DNA from: a virus
Taxonomy: Duplodnaviria > Heunggongvirae > Uroviricota > Caudoviricetes
Reading direction: 5' to 3' (one strand)
IMG/VR virus record: IMGVR_UViG_3300033067_001661
Coordinates: 32,001 to 96,000 of that record
DNA length: 64,000 nt
The position numbers were made by a program, and so were the translations under genes. The notes under the pieces are model-generated. The model worked only from the letters and a program-made list of their open reading frames with translations, was not told the DNA's origin and made no database searches. The first letter of the stretch is position 1; every line of letters starts with the position of its first letter. This document shows positions 58,356 to 64,000 of this stretch, piece by piece.

Positions 58356-59065
58356 ATTATCTCCCCGACATGAACGCCATAAGTCATTGGTGGATGATTT
58401 GGAAATGGCCTAATGTCATGTTTCCCAAAAAATCTTATCGGATCGTAAACATAATCAAACTCTGAGTCCAAGCGGTCAACGCCTAAAAAGCCTTGCTTAT
58501 GTTGTCCTTTTTCAACAATAAGACCGTCAAAATACTTATCATGAACAAGTATTGTATTTAGGTAATTAGGCCAAATCTCGGTTCTCAAAAAATCCTGATC
58601 GCTTCCTTTGTAGTCATTTGCAGACCATTCAGAAATAAGCTGTTCCATATTTGGAATAACTTTGTTCCTGCATCCCCACATCCCGCCAAGCATGGGAACA
58701 TTATGCTCAATATGATCTCTCATACAATGAATATCTTTATCACTTAACAACCATTCATCCACGGCAGCTTTTTCTCTTTCATTCAATCTTGAATCAATAT
58801 CTCTTGAAATGAAAATATCCGCCTCAGAAGCAGGAAGAAATCTCCAAAACAGACCTTCCCAATTGTCTTTTAGAGTGTTTTTGATAACAACTTGAGCGCC
58901 TGCCTTTTCGAGTTTACGAATGAAGTCTTTATTAACTTCTGAATCGCAATAAAATCTAACAATCCAACCTGGGTATATTTTCTCCGCAATTTCAATATTC
59001 TCAATACATCCATTGAGATACTTGAAAGAATTACCCCATACACTGAAAGATATTATCTTCAACAT
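58352..59065 (-). CDS. Glycosyltransferase-like protein
   Basis: ISFSVWG..KY, YPGW, FWRF, SRDIDSR, MRDH..H..PMLGGMWG, DQDFL. Confidence 0.7.
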   Translation of the reverse strand: MLKIISFSVWGNSFKYLNGCIENIEIAEKIYPGWIVRFYCDSEVNKDFIRKLEKAGAQVVIKNTLKDNWEGLFWRFLPASEADIFISRDIDSRLNEREKAAVDEWLLSDKDIHCMRDHIEHNVPMLGGMWGCRNKVIPNMEQLISEWSANDYKGSDQDFLRTEIWPNYLNTILVHDKYFDGLIVEKGQHKQGFLGVDRLDSEFDYVYDPIRFFGKHDIRPFPNHPPMTYGVHVGEII

Positions 59066-59069
59066 TTAT

Positions 59070-59852
59070 TCATGCCCTTTTGTTCAAATCTTCTTTGAGA
59101 AACTTTAAGCGTTCTTCCATAGATAAAGAAACTATTTCGTTATAAAGATCTGCATTAACACTAAAAGGAGTAAGCCTCTTATGATTCAAATGCAAAAATA
59201 CACTATCTCGACTTTCGTAGAGATTGGTAAGTTTGTTTATTCTTTCCCAAAACTCACAATCTTCACTACCGTAACCATAAAACCTTTCGCACATTCCACC
59301 TACAGCAATAAAAGCTTTCTTAGTAAAAGCAATACTGCCTCCTGAAAAATAATCAACTCTCTTACTTCCTCTCCAAACAACAACATTACGCATCAATTCA
59401 ACATTGTAAATTTCTTTTCCAAGAAAAGAGCAATCATAAGAATTCAAAAACGTATCTATTCTTTGCAAATATCCTTTTGGAGGAACTATGTCGGCATCAT
59501 TCATGACAATTTTTGCATGTGTTGCAAACATAACACCGGCGTTTATTGCAATGCTTTTATTAAATGGCTTAGAAGGACTCTTGACGAAAATCTTCTTAAC
59601 TCTTGAATCGTTTCTAAATCTATCAACATTTATCTTTTCAGAAGAATCTTCTTCTGAAACAATAATTTCCATTGGCTCAACATTTTGTAATAAAAGCCTA
59701 GAAATACAATAGTTAAGATTTGGTTGTCTATCAATTCCTCGAACAGGAATAACAACCGTTATCCCTGAAACAGGCTGAACTGAAGACGAAGAGAATTCAA
59801 AATTCTTTCGTATATCAAGAGGAAGATTATTTATGCTTCTTGGCAATATCAT
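59070..59852 (-). CDS. GT2/GT7-like glycosyltransferase
   Basis: VVIPVR, FNKSIAINAG, NDAD, GGMCERFYGYGSED, HLNH. Confidence 0.85.
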   Translation of the reverse strand: MILPRSINNLPLDIRKNFEFSSSSVQPVSGITVVIPVRGIDRQPNLNYCISRLLLQNVEPMEIIVSEEDSSEKINVDRFRNDSRVKKIFVKSPSKPFNKSIAINAGVMFATHAKIVMNDADIVPPKGYLQRIDTFLNSYDCSFLGKEIYNVELMRNVVVWRGSKRVDYFSGGSIAFTKKAFIAVGGMCERFYGYGSEDCEFWERINKLTNLYESRDSVFLHLNHKRLTPFSVNADLYNEIVSLSMEERLKFLKEDLNKRA

Positions 59853-60439
59853 CTAATTCCCCTATGAGTTTTTCTCTGGGGTCTATTACTGGGCGGTCCA
59901 CCTTTTTCATACAGATAATGATAAACAACACCGCTAATAAATCGCTCTTCTTTCAAAAGAGGAAAAAGCCGAGTGGAGTAATCCTTATCTTCTCCAAAAT
60001 TAGTTTCTGGAAACTTAACTTGTAAAGCAATTTCTCTTTTTACAGGATTCAAATGATTTGGACAACGATAATAAATATTGTTCTGCTCAAACCATTCTTT
60101 GTATTTCAAAGAATGTATAAACATTCTTGGTCCTTGACCCTGAAAGGTAATAATTCCTTGTATGCCACAACAATCAGGATTAGACTCTAAAGCTTCTAGA
60201 ATCTTTTTAACATAATCTTCGGAAACCAAATCATCGTCATCAACAAACGCTATATAAGCTCCTGAAGCTTCTTCCAAAAGAAGATTTCTTTTCTTACCAA
60301 TAGGCATCTCTCCGTTATCGGTTTTAACTAAAAGTTCTACAGAATCATTAATTTGAGGTTGTAGAACATTCATAAGCCTCTGTAGCTTATCCGCTCTAGA
60401 AGCCAACGAACATATAAGTATTGAAAGTTTCTTATTCAT
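59849..60439 (-). CDS. GT2 glycosyltransferase
   Basis: LSILICS, IGKKRN, FVDDDD, FGED. Confidence 0.85.
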   Translation of the reverse strand: MNKKLSILICSLASRADKLQRLMNVLQPQINDSVELLVKTDNGEMPIGKKRNLLLEEASGAYIAFVDDDDLVSEDYVKKILEALESNPDCCGIQGIITFQGQGPRMFIHSLKYKEWFEQNNIYYRCPNHLNPVKREIALQVKFPETNFGEDKDYSTRLFPLLKEERFISGVVYHYLYEKGGPPSNRPQRKTHRGIR

Positions 60440-60441
60440 GC

Positions 60442-61260
60442 TTACTTCCTATTCCTAAGTTTATGCACTCTTTGTTTTTCATAAGACTTAACCCATCTAT
60501 TCAACGCTATAGCCTTTCTGTCATTAGGATTGGGCGAAAGCATTTCTTTTGGTATTTGAGCATTTTGATCTGCCAATCGCTGAAAACCTTTGCCTTCTTC
60601 AATAGTATGCCATTGCGTAAAGTTACGTTCGCCTCTATTGAAACCTTTTTCTTTCATCCAATTTCTTCCAAGGTCTTTCAGTATGACAGCCCTATGGTCG
60701 AATGGAAAATAAAGAAACCCTTCCGGCTTATATCCACCGCAAAGAGTCCTTATTTGAACTTCAGGATTATCGACTATGTTCATTTTTTCAGCTATCTCCC
60801 TACAAAATGTACCTCTTAAAAAGCAAGGAGAGAGCCAGAAGTTACTCTTAACATTTTTCCAAGCCCTGAAAGCAAGTTGCTGAACATGAGGAGGAACAAA
60901 AAACTGATTGAATATCGAAACCTTAAACGGGGTTAGCAATTCCCAGTCGTCCTCTAAATGAAAACAATAGTACGTTTCAACTTTCGAAAAACACCACTTT
61001 ACAGCAGCCGCAAAATTAGGGCTTTCAGGCATATTAACAATGACATTACCAAAGTATTTTCTCGCAACGTCTGCAACTTCTTGTCTCTTATGATCGTCTC
61101 TTTTATCAGGAAAGCTATCTATATTTAGGATTAGAGTTGCTTGCTTGAAATCAAATTCCAAAAAATGCCTTGCAAATGAAGCATAGGTTTGCTCTATGAT
61201 TTCTGGTCGAGGCATTGCAGTAGTTGTAAAAGTCAATGTCTTTTCAGTTATTGGGTACAT
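60442..61260 (-). CDS. GT2-like glycosyltransferase (tandem paralog)
   Basis: FTTTAMPRPE, NID, FHLEDDW; start moved to 61260 (GAGG RBS). Confidence 0.7.
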   Translation of the reverse strand: MYPITEKTLTFTTTAMPRPEIIEQTYASFARHFLEFDFKQATLILNIDSFPDKRDDHKRQEVADVARKYFGNVIVNMPESPNFAAAVKWCFSKVETYYCFHLEDDWELLTPFKVSIFNQFFVPPHVQQLAFRAWKNVKSNFWLSPCFLRGTFCREIAEKMNIVDNPEVQIRTLCGGYKPEGFLYFPFDHRAVILKDLGRNWMKEKGFNRGERNFTQWHTIEEGKGFQRLADQNAQIPKEMLSPNPNDRKAIALNRWVKSYEKQRVHKLRNRK

Positions 61261-62017
61261 CTTTACCTCTAAAATTACCATCAAGCTTTGATGTATCTAT
61301 CTCAATATTTTGATCTTGTATCAACTGCTCCCTTGCTCTTATAAGAACATTAGGAACAAATTCCCAAGAAGTCCAAGTATCCAGACCTCTTGCAAAAGGA
61401 GTATCCTTCATCCACGTTCTACCCAAGTCTCTAAGGATAATTTTGTCATCCTCATAAGGCCAATATATAAATGACTCACTAACCTTATAAGGATTGAGAC
61501 CTCTAATCTGCCATTCAGGGTTACGCTTTGTATGCATCTCGGCAGCAACCTTATGACAGAAAGAAGTTTTCAAAATTGACGGACTAAGAACAAAGCGGGG
61601 ATCGGATTTCTTCCAAGCTCGAAAACCAACCTGGACGATCTTTGGGTCATCAAAAAAAGAAGCGACATATTCAGGTATGTCGCAAAGTAGCTCCCAATCA
61701 TCTTCTAAATTGAAAACGAACTCTCTGTTTGCATTCGAAAAAATCCACTTAACAGCGGCAGGGAAATTTCCCCTCTCTTGAATGTTCGCCGTTACTTCGC
61801 CAAAATGTTCTTTGGCAATATCAATAACAGACTGAACTCGCTGAGCGTGATCTTCATAATAATGGGGGAAATAATCAACATTGATAAACAACGGACACTT
61901 CTTCAAATCAAGCCAAGGAAGATGCTGCTTAAAAGAAGCATATGTTTTAGCAAGAAGCTCGGGACGAGGCATCGCTGTTGTTGTGAAACACATATTCTCA
62001 GAATTTGGTCTTGTCAT
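61244..62017 (-). CDS. GT2-like glycosyltransferase (tandem paralog)
   Basis: FTTTAMPRPE, NVD, FNLEDDW; collinear with 60442..61260. Confidence 0.7.
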   Translation of the reverse strand: MTRPNSENMCFTTTAMPRPELLAKTYASFKQHLPWLDLKKCPLFINVDYFPHYYEDHAQRVQSVIDIAKEHFGEVTANIQERGNFPAAVKWIFSNANREFVFNLEDDWELLCDIPEYVASFFDDPKIVQVGFRAWKKSDPRFVLSPSILKTSFCHKVAAEMHTKRNPEWQIRGLNPYKVSESFIYWPYEDDKIILRDLGRTWMKDTPFARGLDTWTSWEFVPNVLIRAREQLIQDQNIEIDTSKLDGNFRGKDVPNN

Positions 62018-62020
62018 ACC

Positions 62021-62350
62021 TTAGTGCTTTATCATTTTAGACGGAGTAATCATGAGCCAAATCTCATTGTCCGCCTTTGTATTTTCGTCTGTTTTCTCCG
62101 GATCTTTTAGCTCGGTATGAAACAAATTCTCTGCGCAGACGCCTTCGCAAATAGAAAGGCTATCCTTATGAATGCAAACATGCAGCTTCTTGGTTGAGTT
62201 ATCAATGTAGAAAAATCTAAGAAGCTCTTTCATCGCGCTGATAACATTGGCGACATCATAGCCTTGCCTAAACTCGGCGCTATACTCTTCAAGATAGATG
62301 AAGTTTTTATGCATGATTTGCCCTTTGTCAATAGTTCTAACTTTGGGCAA
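62021..62350 (-). CDS. Hypothetical protein
   Basis: 109-aa ORF, TTG start with GAGGA RBS. Confidence 0.55.
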   Translation of the reverse strand: MPKVRTIDKGQIMHKNFIYLEEYSAEFRQGYDVANVISAMKELLRFFYIDNSTKKLHVCIHKDSLSICEGVCAENLFHTELKDPEKTDENTKADNEIWLMITPSKMIKH

Positions 62351-62365
62351 ATCAATCCTCTAGAG

Positions 62366-62854
62366 CTATTCTAAAGTCCAGGGAATCCTGCGAAGTCTGT
62401 AAAAATACCTGATAACATCATAGACCGCGCCCTTACCTCCAGGAGAATGGGAAGAGTAAACAGAATGCTCAACAATCTCAGGCACGGCGTCAGAAGGACA
62501 TCCAGAAAAAGCCGCTTCGACAATACATTTATGATCGTTTTCCGCATCGCCAATATAAGCAACCTCGTCCCAACTCAGTCCGTTCTCAATTATGTACTCG
62601 CTTAGCTTCGCAAACTTGTTATCGCAACCCGATAAAATCGGATACTTTTTGCCTACTTTGGCATAAATTACCCTATCTCTTGAGCCAGTTATAAACACTA
62701 TCTGAAAACCATTCTTGGCAGCCTGATCTATTGCATACATATCTCTTGTAAAGAAATTCTTGTATACGTCACCCGCTTCGTTGATATAACAGTTTCCGTC
62801 AGTAAGCGTTCCGTCTACGTCTATGGCTATCATTTTTACAGCTTCAATGCTCAT
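62366..62854 (-). CDS. KdsC-family HAD phosphatase (KDO-8-P / KDN-9-P phosphatase-like)
   Basis: IDVDGTLTDG, F.TRD, ITG, K, AYIGDAEND, GGKGAV. Confidence 0.88.
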   Translation of the reverse strand: MSIEAVKMIAIDVDGTLTDGNCYINEAGDVYKNFFTRDMYAIDQAAKNGFQIVFITGSRDRVIYAKVGKKYPILSGCDNKFAKLSEYIIENGLSWDEVAYIGDAENDHKCIVEAAFSGCPSDAVPEIVEHSVYSSHSPGGKGAVYDVIRYFYRLRRIPWTLE

Positions 62855-63705
62855 TCTTCAATCCTTAGTTTGGCTCTTTCGATCATTTCTTCTGCGGTTG
62901 GCTCTGGACCTGAAAACTCCATAGCCTTTGCAACATTTTTCAAATCTCGACACAGCTTCCGCAAACCCTCAGGCTCAAGGCTTGCAGCAGCGTCGGTATG
63001 GCGAAGAGTTCTATCGTCAACAAAATGTCTCTCTATAAACGTAGCACCAAGAACATACGCAGCTATATCAGCCGCTATACCGTAACCATGATTAGAAAAT
63101 CCGACCTCAAAATTGTACTCATTAGCAAGCTTCAGCAAACCTCTAATGTTCATTAAATATAGCTTTTCAAACGGACAAGGATAAAGACTCGTACAATGAT
63201 AGACAACAAAACGGCTCGGATAAGGCTTTATGTAATCAAAAATGCGAACCTTCTCATGATCGAAAGTCATACCTGTTGAGATATGAATGTCGCCTTTATA
63301 GTTGCTCAAAAGGTATTCAAGCATTTTGAAGTTTTGATTACATGCGCTTGGTATTTTGATAAACTCAGGATTTAACGAAACAATCTCTTTAGCAGAAGTC
63401 ATATCCCAAACAGAGGAAGAATACTTAATGCCAATCCCTTGACAATAAGACATAAGCTCTAAATGCTGGTCTATTGAAAACTCAAGAGCTTTACGATGCT
63501 CAAGATATGTAGGACCATAAGCAAATATCTGATTAGGATGAGGTTTGTGCTTAAGAGATTCTGGCACGCTTTCCTCGGGATTCCTCTTTTGAAACTTTAC
63601 ATAATCAGCGCCGCAAAGTTTGGCAAGACTTACCAAATCCTTAGCTCTTTGCATAGAACCAAGATGAACACATCCAACTTCTGCAACAACTTTAGCTTCA
63701 GTCAT
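62851..63705 (-). CDS. NeuB-family nonulosonic acid (N-acylneuraminate/KDN-9-P) synthase, lacking the C-terminal AFP-like domain
   Basis: VAEVGCVHLGS, VKFQKR, IKIPSA, ISTGM, YHCTSLYP, GFSNH, IERHF, TDAAASLEP. Confidence 0.9.
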   Translation of the reverse strand: MTEAKVVAEVGCVHLGSMQRAKDLVSLAKLCGADYVKFQKRNPEESVPESLKHKPHPNQIFAYGPTYLEHRKALEFSIDQHLELMSYCQGIGIKYSSSVWDMTSAKEIVSLNPEFIKIPSACNQNFKMLEYLLSNYKGDIHISTGMTFDHEKVRIFDYIKPYPSRFVVYHCTSLYPCPFEKLYLMNIRGLLKLANEYNFEVGFSNHGYGIAADIAAYVLGATFIERHFVDDRTLRHTDAAASLEPEGLRKLCRDLKNVAKAMEFSGPEPTAEEMIERAKLRIEE

Positions 63706-64000
63706 AAATGCTTATCCTTCAAAAACTCATAAGCTTGAAAAATCCAAGTAACAAATTCTTCTTTACTCATAATATCTTTAGCTCTATTACATATCTTACA
63801 TGCTGTTACGCAGTTTTCAAATTTATATCCTAAACAATTATCTACTCTATCAATTCCATTATACAGAAAAGACCCATTACGACCCTCAACAATACATTCA
63901 TTAGATTTAATTGCGCCACAATAAAAACATGGCTTATTACACAAACCAATAAAATCTTCAAATGTCAAATCAAAATCCAAACCTTTTCTTTTTGCTCTTA
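63702..64000 (-). CDS. HNH-like (His-Me finger) endonuclease, 5' end outside window
   Basis: PCFYCG, GIDRVDN..GY..NCV.AC..CNRAK; frame is open to the right edge (RAKRKGLDF...). Confidence 0.8.
   Translation of the reverse strand, partial: RAKRKGLDFDLTFEDFIGLCNKPCFYCGAIKSNECIVEGRNGSFLYNGIDRVDNCLGYKFENCVTACKICNRAKDIMSKEEFVTWIFQAYEFLKDKHL

Noticed and set aside
1-64000. Stop-codon reassignment, as seen in some large phages
   Set aside because: Genes tile densely under code 11, and TAA, TAG and TGA all end full-length proteins
1-64000. tRNA, rRNA or large ncRNA genes
   Set aside because: Intergenic gaps are 80 nt or shorter and show no cloverleaf or T-loop signature by eye; tRNAscan/Infernal were not run

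Overview
Gene-dense, AT-rich 64 kb segment in the standard genetic code. It is best read as part of a jumbo/huge tailed-phage genome (inference: phage-type dNMP kinase, RuvC, HNH/NUMOD3 endonucleases, very large structural-type ORFs, many orphans, no ribosomal or core metabolic operons). Positions 1-12.9 kb are mostly + strand: two paralogous MoxR-like AAA ATPases, a HExxH/VWA partner, possible virion or hydrolase proteins, nucleotide-salvage enzymes, and two Dam-family methyltransferases followed by a candidate nuclease. Positions 12.9-64 kb are - strand: a structural block (1404-aa protein, VWA protein, Pro/Ser-rich protein with a C-terminal Hint domain, two glycosyltransferase-like genes), a fungal/plant-type CCA-adding enzyme with an HD domain, RuvC, DnaJ, a replisome module (holA, dnaN, dnaX) with a SigH-like sigma factor, topoisomerase I, and a ~16 kb glycan biosynthesis cluster (2x gmd, fcl, about 9 glycosyltransferase-like genes, 5 methyltransferases, KdsC-like phosphatase, NeuB). 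The most notable feature is an IMPDH/GMP-reductase gene broken at its active-site loop by a naturally split intein. Its two halves are separated by a NUMOD3/Vsr-like homing endonuclease and an apparent restriction-modification pair. All calls come from motif recognition by eye; no searches were run.
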